Shown here: piece by piece, positions 39,402-49,057 of the stretch
Numbering within the stretch: the stretch's first letter is position 1
Layout: every line of letters begins with the position of its first letter
Virus record (IMG/VR): IMGVR_UViG_3300043446_001855
Location: 7,502-71,501 of that record
Reading direction: 5' to 3' (one strand)
Origin: a virus
DNA length: 64,000 nucleotides
Notes under the pieces: model-generated
Told to the model about the DNA's origin: nothing
The model's database searches: none
The model's input: only the letters and a program-made list of their open reading frames with translations
Made by a program: the position numbers and the translations under genes

Positions 39402-39854
39402 TTATCTCACCTCATGGTAGGGTGCCTGCGACAGCGCAACGCCTGTGCATCCCCACGCCCACACTCCGTAACGATTGATGATTCGCTGCGCTTGAATCAT
39501 CTGCTCTCTTGGTGTCGCCCTATCTGCAGTCGGAGCCATATCGGTACCAGCGATACCCTCCTCATGCCATAGCGGCTCCCATATACCCAAACCTCCGGGG
39601 AACGACCAGTTCCTACGCTGGTGCCAATCGATACCCCACATGTACTTCTTCGGCCATGACCCGTCCTTCCTACGGGCGCTAGCGGGAGCGGGTTGTTCGC
39701 ACCTGCCGATGGCTCTGAAGAATCTCCAGTTAATCACTCGCGGCTGCCTATGCTGCTTGAGAGTGCGGCTGCTGTTGTTATCCGAATGAACGATCTGAGC
39801 GGACGCTGGGGCAGCCAGAACCAGCATGACTAATATTGAAACGAGCACCTTCAC
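39402..39854 (-). CDS. secreted resuscitation-promoting factor (Rpf)-like transglycosylase
   Basis: Signal peptide ..LAAPASA; AIGRCE, GGLGI...W, ATPREQMIQAQRI and GVWAWGC match the Rpf pattern; GTG start after AGGAG. Confidence 0.8.
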   Translation of the reverse strand: MKVLVSILVMLVLAAPASAQIVHSDNNSSRTLKQHRQPRVINWRFFRAIGRCEQPAPASARRKDGSWPKKYMWGIDWHQRRNWSFPGGLGIWEPLWHEEGIAGTDMAPTADRATPREQMIQAQRIINRYGVWAWGCTGVALSQAPYHEVR

Positions 39855-40386
39855 AATATCTCCTGACACTCGGGAGTTTTTCACCCGGTCGATAGCCGGG
39901 TCCGACAGGGCCAAGAGTCTTGCGAACTCTATCTACCGTTGCCGGTGTCAAGCGGCTGGGCCTCCCGGGAAGGACGGTTATTCGCACCTTCCCTACCCAC
40001 CCCGCTGGGTTAGGCACATGCAAGTACTGTGCCACACCAATGTGTAGATCAATGTGATAATAGCAGCAAGCACCACCAATATCTGCGAGAACAGTTATGA
40101 CGGTGCGCTTGCCATATCGAACAAGGATCCGTGTTCCTCCGGGTAGGCTGCCCATGGCCGAATGATTGGCCAGTTCGGCAACTCCCCATTTGAGCCTGAA
40201 CAGGTCGATGCCACCGAAGTATCCGATCCCATTGTCGTCCCATGATGTGCCGCCGAAGGTTGTGGCGTTGACCACATACTCTCGGCCCACGACAGGACGT
40301 TCCCCATATGGGAGGGGCTTTGCGGCTTGCGCCACCCCAACCCATAGAGGGAGGACCAGCATGATTGCTAACAGGTAGCGTTTCAT
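39778..40386 (-). CDS. secreted RlpA/3D-like double-psi beta-barrel protein
   Basis: Signal peptide ..VAQA; ATTFG, LPGGTRILVRY, ADIGG and HIDL motifs. Confidence 0.7.
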   Translation of the reverse strand: MKRYLLAIMLVLPLWVGVAQAAKPLPYGERPVVGREYVVNATTFGGTSWDDNGIGYFGGIDLFRLKWGVAELANHSAMGSLPGGTRILVRYGKRTVITVLADIGGACCYYHIDLHIGVAQYLHVPNPAGWVGKVRITVLPGRPSRLTPATVDRVRKTLGPVGPGYRPGEKLPSVRRYCEGARFNISHAGSGCPSVRSDRSFG

Positions 40387-40432
40387 GACCTTGCCCTTTT
40401 CGATTAAGATTAGGGCTAGAATATAGTGAGCC

Positions 40433-42271
40433 CTAGAACTCGCCTTCGGTGAGACGACGAACCAGATCAACGAGAATGTTGTCATCACGTTCGACCCTTT
40501 CACCGTCAACAATAGCGGAGATCACCGCTCGCTTGTTGTCGATAAGCGTGGCCAGATACTCGTCAATGGTCTGGTTTGCGAGCAGGTAGTAGCAGGTCAC
40601 AGGATTCTGCTGACCGCTGCGATGACAGCGATCCTCGGCCTGATGGTGCTTGCTCGGCGTCCACGTCAACTCAAGGAATGCAACGTTGGAGCAGACATGC
40701 TGCCAACCGTCGATGCCCTCAGCAGCGGCGTCGATATTGGCGACAACGATACGAACGTTATCGTCATTGACGAAGGTATCGATTGCCTTCTGACGAGCAT
40801 CGGCACTCATGCCACCGATCACCTTGACAGCCTGATCACCGAACCGCTCGGCAAGAATGTTGACAGCCTCACGATGAATGCAGAAGACTACAATCTTCTC
40901 TTCGGAGGTGAGGAAGTCATCAAGCCAAGAGCAGGCCGCATCCATCTTGCCACGCATACAGACCTGACGAAGAGCAGACAACTTGGTGATCGTCGCAGCA
41001 GACTGGGCACGGGCAACCTTCTCGCGCATCACACGCTCGAAGACCAACTGCCTTTCGTGCACAGGCAGGAACTTAATCGCCTCAAGATATTCGGGGTCGG
41101 TCTCGATCTGCTGACGAACCCAGTAGGCAATGCTGTTGCGAACCTTGATGTACTCGTCGCGGTTGCTGATGTCGAGGGGAATCGACACGCGCTCCTTCGG
41201 CGGAAGGTCAGCAAGAACATCGTCCTTGCGCCGACGGATAAGGATGCCCGTCTTGCGGAGACGGTCGTTGAGTTCGAACAAGTTGCTGGATCCGCTGGTG
41301 TCCCAGCCGTACCCATTGTTGAACGGACGACAGTAGCGCTCGATGAACCACCAAGCCTTACGACCCTCGGTCATGTCACTCATGCGACCGATGGCCTCCA
41401 ACTGAGACACGAGTTCAATCGGACGGCTGGTGACCGGGGTACCGGACATGGCGATCCGCATGTCAGCACCCTGAGCAAGGACGACGGCGGCACGAGTGCG
41501 CTTGGCCTTGCGGCTCTTGATGAAGTGAGCCTCGTCCAGAATCACAGCACGATAACGATGGTGCTGGATACGGGTGAGCCAACTAGAGAGGATGTCGTAA
41601 TTGATAACGATGATCTTGACATCGCTCGGGATGGCCTTGGTCACACGACCGCTGCACAGGTAGATGTGCTCGTCGGGCATGTCCGGGAAGAACTTCTTGA
41701 TCTGCCGCTGCCAGCCCATCTTGACTGATGCCGGGCAGACGACAACAAGGGGCAGCGAACCGTCAGCAATGACAGCAGCCAGAGAACAGAGCGTCTTGCC
41801 GGTTCCCATCTCGTCACCGATGTAGACCCGGCGATTGCGCAGGATCCAATCGACGGCGGCTCGCTGGTAGTTGCGGAGTTCGCCGTCGAGTCCGGGGACG
41901 TAGACGGGAGGACCGTCGTGAGCCTCGGACGCAGCACGGTTAGCCGCATGCTCTTCCTTCTGCTTCTCAACAGAGTCGATGACCGTCTGGATCAGGCGCT
42001 CGGCAGACTGCGTCCGCTTGAACCCGAAGCGATCAACGATGTCCAGCATTGGATCGATGACCTCATGCTCGGCGGGAAGCACCCAAGCATTAATCATCTT
42101 TCCGTTGCGGGGGTAGTAGTTCGGGTGATACTTGACACCCTGAATGTTGGCCTTGAGTGCCCGAAGGCTGTCGTTGATCTGAGCCGCCTCAAGCGGATCA
42201 ATATCATCAACGGCGATGCCAAAGCCATTGCCATTCTTCAGAGCACCGAAGTGCTTAAAGGGCCTAGACAC
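40433..42271 (-). CDS. SNF2-family (SMARCAL1-like) helicase/ATPase
   Basis: DEMGTGKT, DEAH, SGTP, RRRK and QAEDRCHRSGQ motifs. Confidence 0.92.
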   Translation of the reverse strand: MSRPFKHFGALKNGNGFGIAVDDIDPLEAAQINDSLRALKANIQGVKYHPNYYPRNGKMINAWVLPAEHEVIDPMLDIVDRFGFKRTQSAERLIQTVIDSVEKQKEEHAANRAASEAHDGPPVYVPGLDGELRNYQRAAVDWILRNRRVYIGDEMGTGKTLCSLAAVIADGSLPLVVVCPASVKMGWQRQIKKFFPDMPDEHIYLCSGRVTKAIPSDVKIIVINYDILSSWLTRIQHHRYRAVILDEAHFIKSRKAKRTRAAVVLAQGADMRIAMSGTPVTSRPIELVSQLEAIGRMSDMTEGRKAWWFIERYCRPFNNGYGWDTSGSSNLFELNDRLRKTGILIRRRKDDVLADLPPKERVSIPLDISNRDEYIKVRNSIAYWVRQQIETDPEYLEAIKFLPVHERQLVFERVMREKVARAQSAATITKLSALRQVCMRGKMDAACSWLDDFLTSEEKIVVFCIHREAVNILAERFGDQAVKVIGGMSADARQKAIDTFVNDDNVRIVVANIDAAAEGIDGWQHVCSNVAFLELTWTPSKHHQAEDRCHRSGQQNPVTCYYLLANQTIDEYLATLIDNKRAVISAIVDGERVERDDNILVDLVRRLTEGEF

Positions 42272-42305
42272 ATGATCTCCTTTCGTGTGTCTTATTTACG
42301 ATTTA

Positions 42306-43100
42306 CTATCGGAACAGGTCTTCGTCTGTGTCCGGAACAATGCCGCGAGCGCTTGCGATGCGCTTCATATTCTGTCCGTACTCGTCGTCGCTGAGATTGT
42401 AGACGAGGCCGCTACGAATGGCAACCTCGTCCATCGCAAGATCCGCAGCGGACACACGCTCGCCGATTTCATCAATGTTCTCATCCTTGAGACCGAACGT
42501 GAACACCTCTGCAAGACCCTCAAGGCTGAGGGACGAGAGGTGCTGCCTATACTCATTGATACCGACCTTGCTAAAACTAATCTTATTCATCGCCGCCTCC
42601 TTCGTTCTTCCTATTACTGAGCCAGTTCTCTTTTCGTTCCACACTATCGAACTGAATGATACCACAGGTCGCGCTTGCGCCAACCTGACCATCTCTTGAA
42701 AGATCTGATCTTGCTCTCCGGATATGCCATACATGGTCATGTGCAGATAACCCGGATTATATTTCTTATCGTTCTCATCGCCAAGCCCTTGACCGCGAGG
42801 CAATACCTGAACTCTTATGAGGGCCTTCACGAACTTGCTAAGTCTATCTCTTGTGCTCTCTTCAAAGATGCCAAGAGTGTATGTAGCGATATACTTTTCT
42901 TCTACAAACCTTGCGCCCACCACTGTTGTTTGGTAGGGCATCTGTTTGCCAGACATGTCCATGATCTTGAAGAAGTTCAGGGCTTCGTTTCTCATCCTCC
43001 GTCCGTAAAACAGAGTCGCATGGAATTCTCTGACGACGGGTCGAGCGTTCGGTACTTGCGGCACGTTTTGAGCGTCCGTAAGTTTCGCATAAAGGGTCAT
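42306..43100 (-). CDS. 2H phosphoesterase-like protein with C-terminal extension (in-frame internal start at 42590)
   Basis: Two HxT motifs (FHATLFY, LHMTMY); internal AAGGAGG...ATG. Confidence 0.6.
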   Translation of the reverse strand: MTLYAKLTDAQNVPQVPNARPVVREFHATLFYGRRMRNEALNFFKIMDMSGKQMPYQTTVVGARFVEEKYIATYTLGIFEESTRDRLSKFVKALIRVQVLPRGQGLGDENDKKYNPGYLHMTMYGISGEQDQIFQEMVRLAQARPVVSFSSIVWNEKRTGSVIGRTKEAAMNKISFSKVGINEYRQHLSSLSLEGLAEVFTFGLKDENIDEIGERVSAADLAMDEVAIRSGLVYNLSDDEYGQNMKRIASARGIVPDTDEDLFR

Positions 43101-43127
43101 ATCACCCCTTAGGTGTCGGAAGAACAA

Positions 43128-43197
43128 GGCATCAAGGGGAGTCGAACCCCTTCCCCAATGACTAGTTCCGACCGCCGAGGGGCAAACCTGCGATGCC
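43128..43197 (-). ncRNA. non-canonical tRNA-like element
   Basis: Acceptor GGCATCG/TGATGCC; T arm AGGGG-TTCGACT-CCCCT; no D stem. Confidence 0.6.
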
Positions 43198-43198
43198 A

Positions 43199-43270
43199 TA
43201 GCCCGTCGGAGAATCGAACTCCGCTTACCGCCGTGAAAGGGCGGCGTCCTAACCGATAGACGAACGGGCC
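43199..43270 (-). tRNA. tRNA-Glu(TTC), no encoded CCA
   Basis: GGCCCGT/ACGGGCT acceptor, CCGCC-CTTTCAC-GGCGG anticodon arm, TTCGATT loop. Confidence 0.92.
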
Positions 43271-43312
43271 AAGGGGGCTGGCGACCCGTAAGCCACCAGC
43301 CCCCGTATTTTA

Positions 43313-43631
43313 TCAGACCTTCGCGGTGACCTGCCGCTTGATCTTGACGAACTTGCCCTTGACCCGACGCGGGCCAGTGCCCGCAGCGACCAGAGCGAAG
43401 CGGTCAGTCGGGTTCTTGACGACACCCTTGCCGACCTCCTTCGTCTTGCCCGGAGCCACGACCTCAGCAGCGATGCCGCTGGCAAGGAGGTTGCGCCGAT
43501 GGTGGTAGGCGAGCGCAGGCGTAGAAGCCAGCGCCTGCAGAACCACAGGCTGACCCTCCGGCGTGGTGTTGACCACGCTGAGGAAGGTCGGGGTGAGCGA
43601 GGGGCGACCCCTCTTCTTAGCAGTGTCCATG
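43313..43631 (-). CDS. basic AT-hook (KRGRP) protein
   Basis: SD GAAAGGAG; MDTAKKRGRPS; Lys/Arg-rich. Confidence 0.55.
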
Positions 43632-43650
43632 ATTTCTCCTTTCGCAGACA

Positions 43651-43893
43651 CTAGAACGGAACTTCGTCCGTTGCGATTGATCGAACAATGTCGAGGCACG
43701 AGTTGCAGAACTTTGACGGGCGGCCTCGCTTACCCGTCCTTTCGACTGGTCCTTCGCACCGCATGCACGAATGGTTGTGGTGCTCTGAAACCTGAGAGCG
43801 ACAGTCATGACAGACGACAGACGGTCGGCCTCTTTTGTTTGTGTGCGGAATCTTACCACCGCACACATTGCACGGCTGATTGTAATATCTCAT
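43651..43893 (-). CDS. double Zn-ribbon/AT-hook protein
   Basis: Two CxxC-KRGRPS-CxxC units; ends DEVPF. Confidence 0.6.
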   Translation of the reverse strand: MRYYNQPCNVCGGKIPHTNKRGRPSVVCHDCRSQVSEHHNHSCMRCEGPVERTGKRGRPSKFCNSCLDIVRSIATDEVPF

Positions 43894-44054
43894 GTGAGGA
43901 TAATTCCCAGTAGGCAGATTATCACACCCAACATAATTCCAAGAGCGAACCCTAGCACACCAGCAAGGATGATATTCGCTCTTTGAGTCTGACGCTCTAT
44001 ATTCCTACCGCGTCTTATCCCAGAGATATAATCTTTTATCTCGGATTCAGACAT
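43890..44054 (-). CDS. small membrane protein, leaderless
   Basis: 54 aa with a C-terminal TM helix; TGCTACACT at 44061-44069, 6 nt before the ATG. Confidence 0.55.
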   Translation of the reverse strand: MSESEIKDYISGIRRGRNIERQTQRANIILAGVLGFALGIMLGVIICLLGIILT

Positions 44055-44074
44055 GATGCTAGTGTAGCAGATAA

Positions 44075-44764
44075 TTACAGAGATGCAGCAAGCATCGTCT
44101 TTGCGGTCTCAATACTCTGTCGTGCCAGCCGCTCGAACAACTCGGCCTTGTCACCCGGAGTGATGACACCGTTGACTACGCTGTCGACACGATTGTGCGG
44201 TCGCTTGAGCGCAGGCATGTTGGCTCGCTTGTTGGCGAGTGCTAGCGAGCACAGGGTGTAGTGCAGTTCCTCATTGGCCTTGGCCTCGATCTCGAAGGAG
44301 ATAAGACGGTAGGCCTTGGTGAACGGCATCGCACCGCTGGCGGCGATAGCACGAGCCTCTGCGAGTTCCTTGGCATACTGCTCAACGTAGTAGTCAGGAT
44401 CACGCTGATACTGAGCAGCATGGGTCAGTTCATGCCAGAGAGCACGGCTCGCCGCCTCGGGGGTGAGGCGAGCAGAGATTGTGATCTTGTGATACATGAA
44501 CGAGTTGAGTTCGTCGTCGGTCATCTGGCTGACGATCTCCATATCACGCGGAGCATTGTCATGCAGTTTGATGCCGTGATATCGACCAAGGAGTTCCCGG
44601 GTCGCGGAACGACGAATATGAACAGGGACATCGATGTTGAGATGATCGCAAGCGATGTCGATGTTGGCGTGATTGACACGCCAAGGAGCAGCGGTGTCAC
44701 GACAGTCGTCACAGTACTTAGCGCGGCCAGCAGTTGCTGTACCGCAGGATGGGCAGTTATGCAT
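44075..44764 (-). CDS. HExxH zinc metallopeptidase-like protein with N-terminal Zn ribbon
   Basis: LWHELTHAAQ...FEIEA. Confidence 0.65.
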   Translation of the reverse strand: MHNCPSCGTATAGRAKYCDDCRDTAAPWRVNHANIDIACDHLNIDVPVHIRRSATRELLGRYHGIKLHDNAPRDMEIVSQMTDDELNSFMYHKITISARLTPEAASRALWHELTHAAQYQRDPDYYVEQYAKELAEARAIAASGAMPFTKAYRLISFEIEAKANEELHYTLCSLALANKRANMPALKRPHNRVDSVVNGVITPGDKAELFERLARQSIETAKTMLAASL

Positions 44765-44775
44765 AGTGTCCTTTC

Positions 44776-46246
44776 TTATTCGCTAGGGCGAGGACGATAG
44801 TTAATGCAGCCATAGAGGTACTGAAAGAGTTCCTCGGCCTGCTCACGAGTCATGCTGAGATAGATGGCTGCGCCGGGCTCGTCACCTGTCTCAAAGATCT
44901 TTGTGATGGTCAGGCCGCGATCACCGAAAGACTCGTCCCAATCAAAGAACAGATCATACTCGGGATTATCTGTCAGGTGCTTGTGGAGGGTATATGGGCC
45001 GGAAAACCTCACCGCTTCCACCACCGCTTCTTCTTCATGTTGTAGACCTCCATTGCGATGTCATCAAGAGAATCATCGAGATCATCAATTTGATGTCGGA
45101 TGTCGTCAAACTCATCCTGCAGGTCGCGGATCCATGACGCGAGGCCAGACTCAACCTCAAGGACCCCACTCCATACTGCCGACATCGCTTCGATGGGGTC
45201 TGTATACACTACGCCATTAACATTGATCGAAAACCTGTCCTTCTTTTTGCTCACTTGGTGTCTCCTTTCCAGTAGGACATGATTGAATCGACCGACTCCT
45301 TGAGTCGCTCCACGTCTGCCGTGGGGGTGTTCTTTCCATGGCCGGGCAGCGGATTGCCTGCCTTCTTTGCACCACGGACAATGCGGCGCATCTTCGCCGC
45401 CTCCAACTTCTTCTTCTTGGTGTTCCCAATAGTTGCCATGTTACTCATCAACCTCAAAATGGTCGGTGTTCTCTTCAATGTCTACAAAAGACATCTGACC
45501 GGGCTTAATAACGTCGGGCTCGGTAATCCAGCGATTGAAGTCCGACCAGTTCTCGCGAGCGTCCTGCTCATTGTCGGCCTCAATAACAACATACCACATG
45601 TCGCCCTGATTGTAGAATACATTGTACTTAGGCATTATTGTTCTCCTTTAGATTGCGGGCTGATCCCGCTCGCCATCCCATGCGTTCATGATTGCATCGC
45701 GAGGATCATAGCCGGGGTCGGGCTCTTCGTCATCAACACTCTCAACATGCCACGAATCATTGCGTTTTGCGATCTCGTCAATCTCGTCCTGAGTGAGTTT
45801 ACGAGACCTGAGATTTGTGATCGATCCATCCTTGGAGAAAGCCTCAAGCGCCTTGTCCTTGGCCTCGTCGTGGCTTGATGCCATTAGCCTGACACCACCA
45901 TCAAAAATGCCGTCAAGCGTCCACTGTACCAAATACTGATTCATATTACTCATGATTCTTTTCCGTATTAGTCTAGAAGAACAGGGGTCGCGGTATCATC
46001 CACTTCTCCGGTCCACAACCACTCCATAAGGCCCTGACGGACCTGTTCATTGCCGCTGATCTTGTCAGCAAACGCTACATAACCGATGAGATCATCGACA
46101 GTGCCATCAATACCGTCATTCTTAACCTCGTAAAACTCGGCCATAGATTCTCCCGGCGTAAAACAGACGGCGAAGTTCACATCGCTATCTGTTCGAGTGC
46201 AGATCTCGCAACTGCTATTGAAGAAGAGATATACGTTCTCAATCAT
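44776..46246 (-). other. cluster of six small hypothetical ORFs (44776-45024, 45009-45254, 45251-45439, 45441-45635, 45648-45953, 45968-46246)
   Basis: Tightly packed minus-strand ORFs, mostly with SD sites or overlapping start/stop codons. Confidence 0.5.
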
Positions 46247-46256
46247 TATCTTTCCT

Positions 46257-46682
46257 TTACACAGGCCAATAGTATTCTAGTTTGTCGCTATCCTCTGGCC
46301 AATACTGACGATAGTGATCAGGGTCTTTGCGTAGAAGATTAGAACGATGGGACGCATGAACACGATAGTCGCCCCACCACTCGGGATTATATTCAGAATT
46401 TGGACGAGAGAAATTACTATCAAACACCGCCGTAGTCTTATCAAGACAGGTATCTTTGTAGCCACGTCCGGTCCACTCATTGCAGGTCGCCACCTGATAG
46501 AGAAGAAGCCCGTACTCGTGCCCCCTCCACATCTTGACGGCGGGATGATTGACCCACCCCTTGCTCAGACCGGCGAGTACGTTCATGATCTGCAGGGTCT
46601 CAACTCGCTGCTTGCCTAGCCGCTTGTTATCAAGAACAGCGACAGACCCGATGTAGTCTGGTTCTGGAATGAAGGTTTGCAT
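46257..46682 (-). CDS. pyrimidine-dimer DNA glycosylase-like (MSMEG_6728 family)
   Basis: MQTFIP, LDNKRLGKQRVE, HPAVKMWRG and SHRSNLLRKDP motifs. Confidence 0.85.
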   Translation of the reverse strand: MQTFIPEPDYIGSVAVLDNKRLGKQRVETLQIMNVLAGLSKGWVNHPAVKMWRGHEYGLLLYQVATCNEWTGRGYKDTCLDKTTAVFDSNFSRPNSEYNPEWWGDYRVHASHRSNLLRKDPDHYRQYWPEDSDKLEYYWPV

Positions 46683-47033
46683 TTAGGAAGTGCGCTTCTC
46701 GACCGTGACCGCAATGTTAGAACGGAGCCACTGAGCCTCCTTGCTGCCCTTGGGCGTGATCACCGTGACACCCGTCCAACCGATGCGCTCGACAAAGCCA
46801 CGCTCCTGCATGCGCAGAGCCACCTGCTTGGTCTGACTGGTCGATGCAGCGATCCGCTCGGCCATCTCAGCAGTGGTTGCGGGGTTGTTGTGATCATCAA
46901 GCGCCATCAGAAGATACGCCTCCATCGGACGCAGTTTGCGGGTTCGAGCAACGTCGAGAACCGCACGATCAATGAGACGAACAGACTCCATGGGGATGTC
47001 AGAAATAGAGTTCATAGAAACGTTAAGCATCAT
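46683..47033 (-). CDS. winged-helix (MarR-like) regulator
   Basis: TTAEMAERI...MQERGFVER...ITPKG. Confidence 0.65.
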   Translation of the reverse strand: MMLNVSMNSISDIPMESVRLIDRAVLDVARTRKLRPMEAYLLMALDDHNNPATTAEMAERIAASTSQTKQVALRMQERGFVERIGWTGVTVITPKGSKEAQWLRSNIAVTVEKRTS

Positions 47034-47046
47034 GTGATTATCTCCT

Positions 47047-47514
47047 TTAGATAGTAACGCTGGGGGTGATGTTGTCGACGCGGCGAGCGCCCTCGCCCAC
47101 TTCTGCTGCGACCTCATCGTCGGACTGATGATTGACGCTACGAGCCATGAGATGATCTCCCCAATGGAAGATGCGGATCTGCTCCGGCTTGTAGTTGCCC
47201 TTCTTGGCCACCTTGGCTCTGAGCGCCTTAGCGTCCTTGATCAGCAGCGCCTCATTGACAAGGTCACCGACGATCCAGTCAAGGTCCTTGGTTAGCGTAG
47301 TGCCATACGCCTTGACCTGAATGTTTGCGGCCTCAACAAGGGCGATGAGTTCCCTCTCGGCGTTCCAATTATCGTACTCGTTGGCACCGCCCTTGCCGGC
47401 ATTTCTCACACGGCCGACAGACTTGCCATCGACGTAGAGCGTAGCCTCAAAGCAAAGCGTTTCCTCCGAAGCGAACTCGGCGAACTTCAGATTCTTGATT
47501 GTGATGGTGGTCAC
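47047..47514 (-). CDS. conserved phage hypothetical protein
   Basis: SEETLCFEATLYVDGK...N.G.GG motif. Confidence 0.55.
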   Translation of the reverse strand: MTTITIKNLKFAEFASEETLCFEATLYVDGKSVGRVRNAGKGGANEYDNWNAERELIALVEAANIQVKAYGTTLTKDLDWIVGDLVNEALLIKDAKALRAKVAKKGNYKPEQIRIFHWGDHLMARSVNHQSDDEVAAEVGEGARRVDNITPSVTI

Positions 47515-47747
47515 TGGTTCTCCTTTTCGTTTTCCATGCTCTTGAAAAAATCCTCAATTGCCTCGTCTACGCCGCACGACCAGCAGATATCGGTCTTGCC
47601 ATCCCTGCGACTAGTCGCCGGGCGTCGAGGCATCCCGTCGAACGATGATACCCAGTAGGGCGTGTAGAAGTTTACCTTACAGACAGGGCAGAGGACAATG
47701 TCCTCATTCTGCTGCAGTTCGATATGTAGGTCAGACATCTTACCCAT
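47511..47747 (-). CDS. small Zn-binding protein
   Basis: CPVC...SRRDGKTDICWSCG; SD AGGAGG. Confidence 0.5.
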   Translation of the reverse strand: MGKMSDLHIELQQNEDIVLCPVCKVNFYTPYWVSSFDGMPRRPATSRRDGKTDICWSCGVDEAIEDFFKSMENEKENQ

Positions 47748-47878
47748 GATTCCTCCTAGGGTTTTGAAGGGGTGGATCGGCACACGGGATCACCATGTCC
47801 AGAGGAGACCTTTTGATAGGTTCGTTGTTCGGCAGAGCCCGTTACAGTCCCTGACCCATGCCGATCCACCCACATTGA

Positions 47879-49057
47879 TTAGACGGAGTCTTCGGTGTCG
47901 ATATCGAGATCGATATCGCCCTCGTTATATGCCTGCTGCATGTTGAGCATGAAGTTGGCGTTAGCCGTCATATCCTGCTCGTTATTGCGAAAGCAAAAGA
48001 TCAGGCACTGCATGATCTCCTGCTTCTGAACCTGCGTCAGCGGGAAGCCGTTCGCCTCGCAGCCCTCGAAGGCGACGAGCAGACCCTCGGAGAGGGACCT
48101 GCTGGCCTCAATGACGTTGTTCATAATGATGGCGTCAATGAGAGTGCGGTGAACAAAGATCTGGGGGGCGGGGTTGCTGTCCATGATGGACTCCTTTCGT
48201 CGGGCTTCATTGCCCGTTCGTAATGGATGTCGCTGCTCCTGCAGCCGACATTACCGGCTTAACAGAATCTTTACGAAGTGACGATCTACTCTACGTCAAC
48301 CGTGATCGTCAGGCCGGTTGCCTGACTGTCCTGAAACGCTGTCTCTGACAGCGAATCCATAAGAGAGGACGCACCGTTCTGTGCGTCCTCGTCGCTGATA
48401 TCACCCTCGATGTTGATAGTCACAACGTAGGTGAACTGGTGGATGCTCATACTGACTCCTTGGTCGGAATGGACGGGAGACCATTGATCAGTTCCTGCCA
48501 ACGGCGATCCCGCTCAATCATTTCCTTGATATCCGAAATCCGAAGCCCACGAATGAGGGCTTCCTCTACGTCCCACGCATCGCCGATCTCAAGGTGGATC
48601 AACTCAAGCGGCTTGGTGTTCCACACCATAAACTCGGCATAACCGTCTCCACGCTGCCAGCGGACAATCTGACCAAGGAGATCAGACTTGCCGTTTTCCT
48701 TTGCCATTGCGGCAAGCGTGTCGATGTAATTCTGTTCGCGCCGCTGCTGTTCGTCGTAATTGTACGGAGTGACCCATCCGGGCGGATCAATCGGTGCTTT
48801 GTATGCTTTTGCCATCTTCTCTCTCCTTATCTGTGCTCAAGGCACTTCGTTGGCGGACGACCGGGCTTGCCGGTCCTTTCAATGGGTTTACCACAAACGC
48901 TGCAGGCGCTGTCTGGATAGAAGGTCTTGAGGTTGACCATCTCGACAGCCTTAGTCTTAGACTTGGCGACCTTTCTTCCACCGCCAAGGTTGTACTCATC
49001 GAATACTCGACGTGCTGCTTCTCGCAGTCTCTTGCGCCGCTCTTCTTCTCTGGTCAT
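47879..49057 (-). other. small hypothetical ORFs (47879-48184, 48286-48450, 48447-48815, 48827-49057; the last has a Zn-ribbon/GRP motif)
   Basis: SD-preceded minus-strand ORFs. Confidence 0.5.

Noticed and set aside
40622-41728. 368-aa plus-strand ORF, and similar ones at 54253, 60221 and 61694
   Set aside because: Antisense shadows of well-supported minus-strand genes
43101-43199. Upstream ATG start (43199) of the 2H gene given by the ORF track
   Set aside because: Runs through the tRNA-like element; ATG at 43100 has a plausible SD
43894-44074. Apparent structured non-coding gap
   Set aside because: Explained by a leaderless 54-aa membrane ORF
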